Positions 25,104-36,602 of a DNA stretch of 64,000 bases are shown in pieces. The stretch spans positions 260,288 to 324,287 of the forward strand of contig MU619258.1 in NCBI GenBank assembly GCA_025201805.1. Direction: 5' to 3'. The notes beneath the pieces were generated by a model. The model was not told where the DNA came from. It did not search any database and saw only the letters and a list, made by a program, of their open reading frames with translations. A program made the translations under genes and the position numbers. Each line of letters opens with the position of its first letter. Position 1 is the stretch's first letter. This stretch comes from Parasitella parasitica NRRL 2501. Lineage: Eukaryota; Fungi; Mucoromycota.

Positions 25104-25948
25104 CTGTGGAATCGGTATAAGTTATATGGATTCACGGAAAAAAATTATAAAAAAACAATAATGTCAACCTGATAAAGGTATAGGTTTTTATTATCAAATC
25201 GACAGGTGTATAAAGCTCCAGTTCATCTACTGGCCAGATAGATGAGCCTTTATATACTTAAACTGTGGATAAATGTTCTACTCTCGCAATTTAACATGTA
25301 CGACAATACTGCGTAACTAGCATCTTAACTTTGTGCTAACCAACATATCAGCAGACTCAAGATAACTTAAATCTATTTAAGTGAGGAGATAGACTTTACT
25401 CGAGGTACCCTGATCAATCTTCTATACGAAGATTATTAATATTCGATCCATAAGCTCATAGTCTTATCCAGTCTTTATTAATAGTACATGTCTGAGTGTA
25501 TATCACTTGGTATTCATCTTAGCATATATCGGTATATGTAGCATGTCTATATCATGTCTATAGCATGTCTATAGCATATCTATAGCATTGCACATATTGT
25601 ACAAGTCTGTAGTACATGATGTATCTGTAGCTAGTATCATGGATTTAAGTATATGTCTTGTAGTGCGTATCTAGAAACTGGGAATACGCATCTGAAGCAT
25701 AAATCTTATATAGCATAAGCCCGTAGCATATACTAAATCTAGTAAATGTCTAAGGCTCGTGTCGAGATATAGGTATTAGTCTATAGCGTCATCCATCCTA
25801 ATGGTGCCATCTCTAGCTTATATCTTATATAGTATAAATCTGTATTGCACATCTTATTATCTGTGCGCATATGTAGTCTATATCAATTTAAGGTAACTGG
25901 ATGAATCTAGAAGTGGAATGCAGATCATCATAGTGAATGTATTTCACA
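25104..25948 (+). mobile_element. MITE-like non-autonomous repeat, family A (copy 1)
   Basis: Colinear inverted similarity to 45565-46182. Starts CTGTGGAAT and ends ATTTCACA. Internal 11-bp tandem (GCATGTCTATA) at ~25540-25588. No ORF. Confidence 0.75.
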
Positions 25949-26499
25949 CAAGTAATCAAAGAGCCAAAGAGACCAAGTCAAGAAAGTTTACAAAGTTGCG
26001 ACAAGATACGAAGCCAGAAGTAGTACAGAAGTGGGAAGAGCGTCTCTCCAAGCATTCAGCGTCAACAGTCGATGTTACAAAGTTTTCCGAGTACCTGAAA
26101 GCAAGATCAATGGCCCATGAATCGCTATCCTCATACTACAGAAACGAGGACAAAGCTCAGCGTGACCAAAATGCCCTTCCTTTCCGGAAGATGAAACACT
26201 CCTCAACCATCAACAGGAAGCAGTCTGACAGCCGACTTGCAAAGACACTTCGAAGCAAATTTGGAGAGGATCCCGTACTTGTAATTGGTGATTAGTCTGC
26301 TGGTAATGTCAAGTTCCACGGGCATGAGAAAAATGTTGAAGAAACATGGCTTCCCTGTTTATTTGATCAATGAACATAAAACTTCTTCCCTTTGCCCTAA
26401 CTGCAAAGATGGAAAGTTAGAGAACTTTTTGAATGTTCCCAATCCACGGCCATTTCAACGAAAGAAAAGACCAGTAGTCAAGTTTCATGGGCTCCTAAG
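25946..26499 (+). pseudogene. Fanzor (eukaryotic TnpB/IS200-IS605-derived RNA-guided nuclease) internal fragment
   Basis: TSNQRAKETKSRKF...LRSKFGEDPVLVIGD*SAGNVKFH, then a frameshift, then GMRKMLKKHGFPVYLINEHKTSSLCPNC...PNPRP...HGLLR. The GDWS, (I)xExxTSxxCPxC and HGLLR(C) motifs are hallmarks of Mucorales Fanzor1. In-frame TAG at 26293-26295. Confidence 0.85.
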
Positions 26500-26678
26500 G
26501 TAAACCCTCAATTTATAGAAGGTAGAACAGGTTTTTCATAAACTTACTTTTTCTAAAAAAGGTAAGCTAAACATCTCAAAATGAATTTTGATTCGTCCAG
26601 AAAAAACTAACAATCGTCTCAATTTAATTTCTTTTCTCATCGTCTCAAAACATTTTAAAAAACTGTATCTCAAGCAGG

Positions 26679-27129
26679 CATGCTATCGAATGTCTTGATA
26701 TGCACAGTCGACTACAAATGCCCTTATCAGTTGATGATCCGCTATCGTATTTATTGAATCATATACCTTCAAAAAAACCACGAAATCCCCAGCAAGCCTT
26801 CCCTTGGCCGGTTCGTTGGCCTGAAATCTGCAGAATCATGCATGAAATGGATCATTTATTTCATGGACAAGTCTCTCCTTCTACCCCACCAGATCCTGGT
26901 GCCTCTATGGTGAATTGTTTGCTCGTGTAAAAGTGTTAATGTCTCTTTGCTCTGTTCCTAAATCTCTCTCTTTTTTTTTTTCTAAATACTTTTATACTTT
27001 TTTCTTTTTCCTTCTTGTCTTTTGGGAAGGTTTTTCTTTCATATAAACTACGCGATCTGACTAGGGCAATGCAGCAGATGAAAAATGCTATGTGCCCACA
27101 GTCATTTAATTATTTTTATTTCTTTAATC
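26679..27129 (+). mobile_element. 5'-truncated non-LTR retrotransposon (LINE) 3' end with 14-bp target-site duplication
   Basis: GTATCTCAAGCAGG occurs at 26665-26678 and 27130-27143. The insert encodes HAIECLDMHSRLQMPLSVDDPLSYLLN..WPVRWPEICRIMHEMDHLFH, resembling the C-terminus of Mucorales LINE RT ORFs, followed by a T-rich 3' UTR. Confidence 0.8.
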
Positions 27130-27480
27130 GTATCTCAAGCAGGTCTATTTTAACTTTTTAGTACGTTAAATGCACATAACCTAAAAGCTTTTTTATTTAA
27201 TAACTGTTACTTTTATGATTTTCTTCAAAGTATCCTCTTTAGAAAAACGTGAAAATTGGTAAACACGAAAGCTAATTTATTAAAAAAAAAAAAAAAAACT
27301 TGGCCAGAAAAAATCAAGCAGAGTAAAGGGCATACCTGCAAAGATGTCTGTAGGTCTCGATGCATTATTACAACAAAAAACTTATTCACGTACAAGCATT
27401 AGGACAACATAAAAGATTTCTCTATAAACTTTATTACTCCCAATCGTAAGAAGCATTATGTAGATGCGACAACTAGACTA

Positions 27481-28649
27481 TCACTCCGAGATCATCCATT
27501 TGCCCGCCAACTCACTTAGTATATTACAATTTCTTCTTTCCTCTGCATTCCACAAGACACCATCATCCATATCTTCGTTCGAATATCCTCCTTCAGATTG
27601 AACCTCTTGAACAACAGCACGAACAATTCTTCTAGAATTGTTATCAAATTCGATACCATTTATTGTCATTTCCTCTGCCAAGTCCAGCATACCGTTGATA
27701 TCACGCCACACTTCCCAGCGAAGCAATAAGACGGCATTATATACTTGCACTGTACACCCAGATATGTAACTTGTAAGACTTTTCTGCTTGGCTTTTTCGA
27801 AGATAGTCAGGGCCATATAGGGATCAATTTTGGAAGCATGCTCGATGGCTTTTGTTAGGACACCTGAGTAGAATTTTGGGTATTCTTCTCTGTTGATCTC
27901 GCTTTCAATGCAATGCCATAGATCCAAGGTAGTGGGTGCTTCTACAATTGCCTGTGTTAACTCTATTTCTTCCTGCTTCAGTGCAATACGCTCATTTTTA
28001 GACACTACTGTCTGATCCCAGTTGTACATATCTTGGTTGGTTGGTAGTAAATATTCGAGCAAAGGATCATCATTTGGTCCTCCTTGCAGTCGCTTTCCAT
28101 TTGGCATCATAGATTTTGAGGTTGAGCCGTATATCGATCCCATTGAACTTTTTGGAAATGGCTTCACTTTCAAAAAGGGTGCCGATTTTCTCTCTACAGC
28201 CATTTTCAGGATACGTTTTGATACATCATAGTTGGGTTCCGATGATGGAGTGGGCGACGAAATTACTCTGTCAATAAGGCCTTGTGTCAACCTTTCTCTT
28301 CTGTTGGTGTATTTGTCTAATGTCTCCCGAAATATTTGATCCCTTATCCAAAATTTTCCATTAGGTTCTGGTTTCTCAATAACAGATTTCGAAGATTTGA
28401 ACTCCCAGAGCTCTAATTCTGGTTTTGCTTCAATTTCCTCTTTTTGCGATGGTTCATTTTGCATCGAATTTTGTATGCCAGCGTCATGCTCTTCGGTTGA
28501 ATATAATTTTAGCAACATAAAACCTTGTTGCTTGGGTAACCTGTATCGTAATACTGCTCTCAATGAGTGTTGAAGCACATATCAACTGTTCTATTCATAT
28601 TACCTTTATTAGCTAAAATACCAGATCTAAATGTGCTAGATATCATCAT
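27481..28649 (-). CDS. Mtf2/Nam1-like mitochondrial RNA-processing protein
   Basis: Presequence-like first exon (MMISSTFRSGILANK) spliced to the 365 aa ORF. C-terminal SYISGCTVQVYNAVLLLRWEVWRDINGMLDLAEEMTINGIEFD resembles the PPR-like Mtf2 domain. Confidence 0.7.
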
Positions 28650-28782
28650 TTCTTTAGCAAATTTCACTCCCACTGGTGCAATCATATATTAATCAAAGAA
28701 AAAGAAAAAAAAACATCCCTGCCATTGACAGTTATTGATTTGTCTATAGTCACATTTTGAATTGCAGCAATTATCCTTTTTT

Positions 28783-30017
28783 TCAGGCAAATGCCAGGTA
28801 TCGTAAAGATTCAAAGCAGCCAAGCATCGCAGCGGCTGACGGTCTATCTTCACATTTGAATGCAAGTCCCGGTTCAACGGCTGGCAAGATATTTGCATAT
28901 AAGGGATCGATGTGCTTACTCAAAATCTCGACTCTTCCGTTTTTGATCGATACTAAACTTGAGATGCTGCTGTTTGACCTTTGCATAAGCTGTAATATGA
29001 CATGACATGCCAAAAATACATCTGTTTCTTGCCTATATCCTTTGCTTTTTATCATTGTTTTTTCTTCTCAAAGTAAACGATTAGTTCTGAATATGCTATT
29101 TAGAGTTTGTTGATTTCTAACCTGGGCACGGCAGTATATTAAAGTTAATCCATGGTTTTACCTTGCTTCCACCTTGCAAGCTTAAGCTTGATTTGAAGCC
29201 GCTAAAATAAGCAACGCCATCCATCCCCAACCATAGTGTCTCCATGGAAATGTCCACAAGTCCAATATTGAGAGAATGAGCATCTCTTATAGCTGAAAAA
29301 AGAGAAATTGCGATTTGAAGGATGTACAATGGCTGGATTGTTGTTTCTAAATATGTTATATTGAATGCACATGACTCGTGAGCAATGGTATCCTAGTTAT
29401 ATCGATATTCGGGTAGAATACTTACTTTGAATTCTGTTATTCATCCAATATTGAGTCAATGTGCCTTTGGGGTAGTATGGTTTTATGAAATACCAAAACG
29501 AATTCTTGGTTGTAAGTTGATTTGCTTTGAAATGTGTAATGCAAGTGGCCATATTTCGACAGGGCATCAATTGTTCAGACATTTCCCATTCATGCTGGTT
29601 CATTTCGTCAAAATAATCAACTTTGTTCAAGGGTGTCACGCAAGCACACACAATTCCAAGTGTCTTGTAGTATCCTTTGTATGTGACCTCACGGGAATGA
29701 ACGCTTATTTTATCAGTCAAAGGAACTGTACTGATGATAGCCTTGTCTATATCAAAGGTCAGTGGAAACATTTGCTGCAAATATTCTGCGCATGTCAACG
29801 CAGCTTTTTGATGGTGATCTTCCTCAGCTTCAAGATCGTCGGAAAGTTCGCTGAGAGCAGAATCACCATCGCATATCATATTGTCGCCTTCTGCTTCCAA
29901 TAAGTTGAGTCTGTCTTTGTATAATGGCATCTTAGGAAGCTTGTCTTGCTTTGCTTGGTTGCCTTTCTGTTGTCTATCGCTCTGCTGGATCATATTTTTG
30001 GAATTTCTTCGCGGCAT
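28783..30017 (-). CDS. Divergent protein-kinase-like protein (probable pseudokinase)
   Basis: Three exons: hinge-like KPYYPKGTL, helix E LQIAISLFSAIRDAH, catalytic loop IGLVDISMETLW (no HRD/KxxN), FSGFKS in place of DFG, DVF (subdomain IX), DRPSA (XI). Confidence 0.65.
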
Positions 30018-30173
30018 TGTTTCATACGAATGTTGCAATTAAAAAAAGATGCCCAACACTTTCACCTCGGATAGCCAGTACATTACATAGTGGCTTGTCC
30101 AAGAAGCGTGTATTTATAGAAAATTTTTGTTTATACATTTCTTTTCACTTGACTTATTCAACCTTCTTACAAC

Positions 30174-31502
30174 ATGTCTTTGACTCTGGACTTTTTGCTC
30201 CCTCCTCCCCCTGCTTCATACAAAGCCGATCAATCTACTGGCCATTTAAGCGGTTTGTACATATTAGCTTGATTGTTGCGTTGTTTATTTTAATCCATCC
30301 TTGGACTAGCCCCTATTGACCGCCTTATTGAGCCCGTTGGTCGCCATTTCCTCGCTCATGCCCGCAGAAAGACTCACAACCGCACTTTCTCTGAAGATGA
30401 GATGCACCAAGCTCAAGAAAAGGCCAATCAAGTGGTCGAAGAAGAGACGGTTGAGTTCGAGTACGAAGATGTCGATGCCGATACTGTCAATCAAGATCCC
30501 ACTCAATGGAAGTCTCAAGATAACTATGCCGTTCTTGGTTTAACCAAGCTTCGTTACAATGCTACTGAGGACCAGATCAAGAAGGCCCACCGTCGTATGG
30601 TTCTTTTGCATCACCCTGATAAAAAGGCTGATAAGAACGACGATGCCTTCTTCAAGTGTATCGCAAAGGCCTACGATACCTTAATGAACCCTGTCACTCG
30701 TCGTCAATATGATTCTGTTGATTTTGGTATGGCTTTGTTGGAAGAAGATGCTCCTACAGCCAAGTCTAAAGGCGATTTCTATGAATTGTGGAGTCCCGTC
30801 TTTGCTCGTGAAGCTCGTTTCTCCAACAAGCAACCTGTCCCTGCTCTTGGTGATGATAAATCTTCCAAAGAAGAGGTTGAAGGTTTCTACGACTTCTTTT
30901 ACAATTTTGATTCATGGAGAACCTTTGAATGGCTTGATAAAGAAGGTGCTGAAGGGTCAGATAACCGTGACGATAAACGTTACCAAGAAAAGAAGAACCG
31001 TGCTCAGCGTGCCCAACTCAAGAAAGAAGACAATGCCCGTCTTCGTACGCTTGTTGACACTTGTTTGAACATTGATCCCCGTATTGCCATCTTCAAGGCT
31101 GAAGACAAGAAGCGAAGAAATGCCAAGAAAGATGCCAAAGCTGCCGCAGATAAAGCTGCTGCAGAAGCTGCTGCAAAGAAAGCTGAAGATGATAAGCTTG
31201 CTGCTGAAAATGCCGAAGCTGAAGCAAAAGCTGCCGCTGCTGCCTCCAAGAAGGACAAGGAAATGGTTAAGCGTGCCATAAAGAAGGAGAAGAAGACCAT
31301 CAAAGCCATTGTCAAGGATAACAACTATGCCCTGGCTGCCGGCTCTGCTGCCACTCCTGACCAGATTGATTCCCAATTGTTCAAGCTTGACGACATCCTT
31401 GCCAAGAACAAGGCTGTCGAACAACTCGAAGCTCTTCGCAAGTCGTTTGAAAAGGCTGTTACCGACGGCAACCTGGACCAAGCCTTCGTCGCTGCTCTCT
31501 AA
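30174..31502 (+). CDS. ZUO1: Zuotin (ribosome-associated J-protein)
   Basis: Intron after GHLS. IEPVGRHFLAHARR, QDNYAVLGL, HHPDKK J-domain, FYNFDSWRTFEWLD, DNRDDKRYQEKKN. Confidence 0.97.
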
Positions 31503-31640
31503 AAGCTGATAGATAACACACGATTTGCATAAATAGCATGAAATAAAAACCAATCGCTTTCTTTATTTGCTATTTTTTTTTTAGATTAATATACGTATAC
31601 CAAGGGAATTTATTATGTACATGTTTGTGCTAATTCTGAT

Positions 31641-32603
31641 TTAAAGTCGACCTTGTTCCATGTCAGAATCCTCGTCGTCCAAGAAGCTTTCATCCAATCC
31701 GCGATCCCGATCCAACGCAGTAAATTCTAAAGACGGTTCACGCTCAACGTCAGGTATATCGTCGAAATCAACTCTTGTAGATCTTGCATTAAACGAATAT
31801 TGATTTCTGTTTTGTGTAATACAATTAGCAAGACATAATAGTCAGCACTTGGCGGCATATCATACTTTCTAAGCATCATGAATAAACGAAATAACTGAAA
31901 GCCGTTACGGATGACAAGCAACACTGTGTCAAAGATCGCCTCACTTCTTTCTCCAACAGAGCAGCCGGTAGTCAAGACAATTAATGTCACTGCACATAAC
32001 CCTACGAGTATGATATCCGCAATATTCCATAATGATTTCCAATATCTCTATCCAGCGTCCGTTATCAGCTTCAACTCAATTACCTTACTCTAACCTTTGC
32101 TGCCGTACTTACCCTTCCCAAGGCCAACAAGCGAGTTGCCACTTCAATAATCATGGCAAAATTGATAACTGCCTCAAATACAATAAATAATACAGATGGA
32201 CTATTGCACGATGAGACGAGAAAACAATCGACGTAGCATCATTATGGGAGCTTACCATGTTTCCTTGATAGACTTTAGCAGAAAAAGAAAAAACTAGTTG
32301 ATATCATGCGAAAGAACAATGTATGGATACAATACAATACCATTACGATAGACACAAAACTGAGTATCGCCAATCCCAAGTAAAGGCCAATGTAGAACTT
32401 TGAATACATGAATCTATTTGCCATACCCTGAACAATTTCCGACTTTGTTAAACCATGTTGAGTTCTCGATAGCAACGTACTGTGTATACACTCAATCAGT
32501 ATACTTATGTTTGACAGATGCTCTCTAAACAGACTTGCCTCGTAGGCTGCTCATCATCTGACGCCAGCATTTGCACTCTATCATCATCCTCGTCCGACGG
32601 CAT
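31641..32603 (-). CDS. Stand-alone voltage-sensor-like (Ion_trans S1-S4) membrane protein
   Basis: Spliced exons give four TMs: FYIGLYLGLAILSFVSIVM, FEAVINFAMIIEVATRLLALG, YWKSLWNIADIILV, DTVLLVIRNGFQLFRLFMMLRK. Acidic tail and no pore domain. Confidence 0.7.
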
Positions 32604-33159
32604 GTTTATGTATGGACAAGAGAAAAGTAAATAAAATAGTTCTTGCAGCATCATATCATCTGTGTGTTTGTAATGCGGAGTTGTTGCCCACAACGCAAAA
32701 ACAGTCGACCAATGCTCCCTTTTCCTTGTGTTGGAGATAAATGTTGGCCAGCGACACCTCCTTTAGTATACCTCGTTGGTGTCTTTTTATAACATACACA
32801 ATCATGACCCAATTATGACTCTAATAAACTATCATCGACAAAGTAACAGCTTATGAGCTCCATGTCGACTTGCATTTTGCATTAAAAACGATTAGTTTTT
32901 ACAGACTATCATTTTCCCTTATTTCAAATGGATGAAGTAACAGATACATGTAGCAACAATATGCAGTTGATCTTGTCTACTACCGTATACGATTCCACCC
33001 CCCCCTCCCCCTATTTTTTTGCTTCCATAAAAAGCCAAATGTAAAAAGGGCTATTATTATTAATAAGCTTGTCATACAGGTAAAAGATGCTTATTTAAGC
33101 AATCAAATTAAAACGATTTGTCTTTCTTCTTTTTTGTGTGTCAGCTTTTCATCTCATCA

Positions 33160-36100
33160 ATGACATCTAGACGAGAGTACTTTGTTGGTTTTGATCAAGA
33201 AGAAACTGCGAATGAAGCTTCACAAAGACTTTTATTTGATGAGCAGAAGCAAAGGTTGGGAAGCAATGATTCTGACTCGAATGATTTCTATCTGTATTCA
33301 GAGGAAAAGGAGCTGATTCATACTGACTATAGCTACCCAAAAAAGGTACGTTTGATTATTTTTTGTCGTATACATACACAACTGTGATTAACCAAGCTAG
33401 CGTTAGGGGTTTAATTGGGTCTGCTTAGCATTCGTATCCATTTTGGTTCTGGCATGGATTTTATGGACTCTATCCATCGTTCAGTTATTTACCGGACGTA
33501 AGGCTCTGAAGGGGTAGGGGTTGGAAGATTAAATCTCATTATATTTTAAAGTAACAGCGCAAGAGTCAGACTACAAAAGTTCTAGCGATACGGCAACAAA
33601 AAAAGCGAAACGGCTGGAATTTGAAGACATTTTCAATAGCTCGTTTACACCTAGAAAAACTGATCTTGTTTGGGTTGAAAATGGTAAGGCTTTTCCATAC
33701 GCTTATATACATTGAAATGCTCACAGCAATCCATCCAGACCCTAGAGATGGCATCTACACATATAGAGACCCTAAAACCAATGATATACTTTTAGAATCG
33801 ATTCAGGACAGACAGAGTCAAGTATTTGTCAAGGCCAAAGACCTGGTATGTACATGTGCTCATTTCGCATACTATAAATCATGACTTGGCTGAAAACACA
33901 CTTAGAAATTCAAACACATGGATCTTGATGTCGATTCATTCGAGTTGTCTCATGATGCCCAATATTTACTGCTGAAAACCAACGTTTCCAGTGTGTGGAG
34001 ACACTCATCTCTATTCTATGCATACATTTATCGTGCGTCTGATAAAAGAATCACACAACTCACAGCATCGTCCAAGATTTCATATGCTATATGGAGCCCT
34101 ACTGGACATCAATTGGTAAATTCCACGTTGTACATGTTGTAGATGCCTGCCTACTTGAGCTAAAATTTTTCATCTAGGCTTATGTCTTGAACAATGACAT
34201 CTACATTACAGACCTAAGAAAGCACAAACGAGTAACGTTTGATGGATCGCAAACTGTTTTTAACGGTATCCCGGATTGGGTTTATGAAGAGGAAGTCTTG
34301 GAATCGAATGCTGCCTTGTGGTGGGCTCCCGATTCATCCCATATTGCCTTCCTGAAATTAGATGAAACCGACGTTCCAGAATATCATTTACAACTGTATA
34401 CTGGCATCCGCAATGGTTCTTATCCCAAAGAAAACAAGATTCGCTACCCTAAAGCAGGTGCTCGTAATCCACTAGTGTCATTACATGTATATTCGCTCTC
34501 TGCAGATCGTGTTATTACAGCTTCTACCACTTCCACTCACAACAATTATGCCAATATTATGCTGTCTAGCAATGCTCAAGACTTTTCAGAAGACGATAGA
34601 CTGATCGTGGATGTAGCATGGGCTACTGATTCGCATACTCAGCTCCTCTTCAAGCAAACAAATCGCATCCAAGATCATCAATACACTAATTTAGTCAACA
34701 TTGATAGTTTTCATCTTGAAAATAGCACTGTGAGGCTAGTGCGGGAATACAAGCCCACGGATGGCGGTTGGATTGACATTGCTCAATCCATGGTTTATCT
34801 GTCTCCCAAGAATAATAGCACCAGGACAGATCTTAAATACTTGGATATATTGGATAACGAGGACGGCTTTGCTCACTTGGCTATAATTACAATATCGAAG
34901 GAAAGCAGCAGCGTGTCTTGGTTGACTTTTGGTGAATGGGAAGTTGTTGCAGAGACAGTAGTAGTAGATGCCAGGCGCCAACTTGTGTAAGTATACTTGC
35001 ATACATGCTGTGGATGCTCAATTGACAATGAACCATGACGCCACAGGCACTTTGTTTCGACTGAAAGATCGCCTTATGAGCGTCATCTATACAATATTTC
35101 TCTTGATAATGAGGATCCTGCGTCTACAAAATACTGCATTACATGCCCCGCGGATCCTGAGGAACACGCTTACTATTCCGCATCTTTTTCTCCCAAATCA
35201 GGTTATTACATTTTGGATTATGAGGGTCCTGGCATCCCGAATACCGTTGTCAAAAAAGTCGATGATGTATCCTTTAGATCCGTATTGCAGGATAATATCA
35301 AACTAAGGATGCTTTTACGAGACTATGATTTACCCAAAACGCATTTCAAGACTGTATCCAGTGGAGGAGTTGGTAACGATAAACAAAGAGTATTTCAATT
35401 TCCATTTTAATTTGACTCATTTGTGCCTTGCATGTCTGTAGAAATGACAGCCATGGAAGTCGTACCTGCAGATTTTGATCCTCATAAAAAGTACCCTGTC
35501 CTTTTCCATGTATATGGTGGTCCAGGTTCTCAACTAGTATCATATCGATTTGATTTGAGTTGGCAAACGTTTGTTGCTAGCCAGTTGGGCTTTATTGTCG
35601 TGACAGTAAGTCATATTATCACCCATTTTATTGTATTCAACTAATACAAGGAGTATGGTTCAGGTTGATGGAAGGGGTACTGGCTTCAAAGGCAGAAAGT
35701 ATAGAGTTGGCGTTCGAGGAAGATTGGGTGAACTTGAAACCATAGATCAAGTCAATGCAGGAAGGTAAAATTCGCTTCATATTACGCGAAAAGATCAGTA
35801 TATTAACCTTGCCAGTCTAGATATTGGGCCAAGCTGGATTATGTCGATGAATACAGAATGGCGATTTGGGGTTGGGTTAGTACAAATGTTAATAAATGCA
35901 TATATATATATATATATATATAGGAGAAATCTAATTAACAACCATTTAGTCTTACGGTGGGTATATGACAACCAAAGTAATTGAAGCTGATGATGGCATC
36001 TTTTCTACGGGTATGGCTATTGCGCCAGTTACAGATTGGAGATTTTATGGTAGAATTAAACCATAATGACACTATATATATATTATATATATAGACTAAA

Positions 36101-36602
36101 ATTTATTTTCTAGACTCTGTTTATACTGAGCGCTATATGAAGACTCCTAAATTGAATCCTATCGGGTACGAGCATAGTGCTGTGAACAATATGACTGGAT
36201 TCAGAAACGTAAAATATCTGGTAGCTCATGGCACAGGAGATGATAATGGTAAATGTACAAGTCTAGTGTTTCAATTGCTAAAATGCTAAATCAATACTAT
36301 ATATACGTGTTTAGTCCATTTTCAACACACAGCTGTGCTCGTTGACAAGTTGACATTGGAAGATATACATAATTACCGTGTGCAGATTTATTCTGACAGC
36401 AACCATGCTATTAGACACCACAACGCAAACAAGAATTTATATTACTTGCTGACCGATTTTTTGATTGAAAGGTAAGATTTCATCGCACCTCAGGCGTTTA
36501 ATTTAATAAATTGTTTTTCCTAGCTTTGGAGGACATGAATATAAACACATTTATAATGAAATGCATGGCAAATTCTCTGGTCCATTGCCCAAAGAAGAAT
36601 AA
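33160..36602 (+). CDS. DAP2: Dipeptidyl aminopeptidase (DPP IV / Dap2 / Ste13 family, S9B), type II membrane protein
   Basis: [41 protein letters not shown] (catalytic Ser), HGTGDDNVHFQ, DSNH. N-terminal TM segment. Confidence 0.93.

Larger units (their letters stand above)
24990..26678. mobile_element. Decayed element bounded by inverted, internally repetitive termini and carrying a Fanzor fragment
   Basis: Left end: ATACAGTTTTTTAA plus ~20-bp units (T/A)GAGACGA(A)TG. Right end carries the reverse complements, including an exact TGTTTTGAGACGATGAGAAAAGAAATT (25073-25099 versus 26626-26653). Confidence 0.6.

Noticed and set aside
25011-25104. ~20-bp periodic repeats as a CRISPR-like array
   Set aside because: Units are degenerate and adjacent with no unique spacers. 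They are mirrored at 26570-26670, consistent with transposon subterminal repeats in a eukaryote.
27058-27104. Hairpin downstream of the Fanzor fragment as a candidate omega-RNA or hammerhead ribozyme
   Set aside because: It lies inside the TSD-bounded LINE insertion, so it belongs to the retroelement. It also lacks the CUGANGA hammerhead core.
30957-31553. Long antisense ORFs over ZUO1 (similar ones over RPL3 58362-59582, RPS18 and DHODH)
   Set aside because: Shadow ORFs caused by strong codon bias in highly expressed genes. No protein-like motifs.
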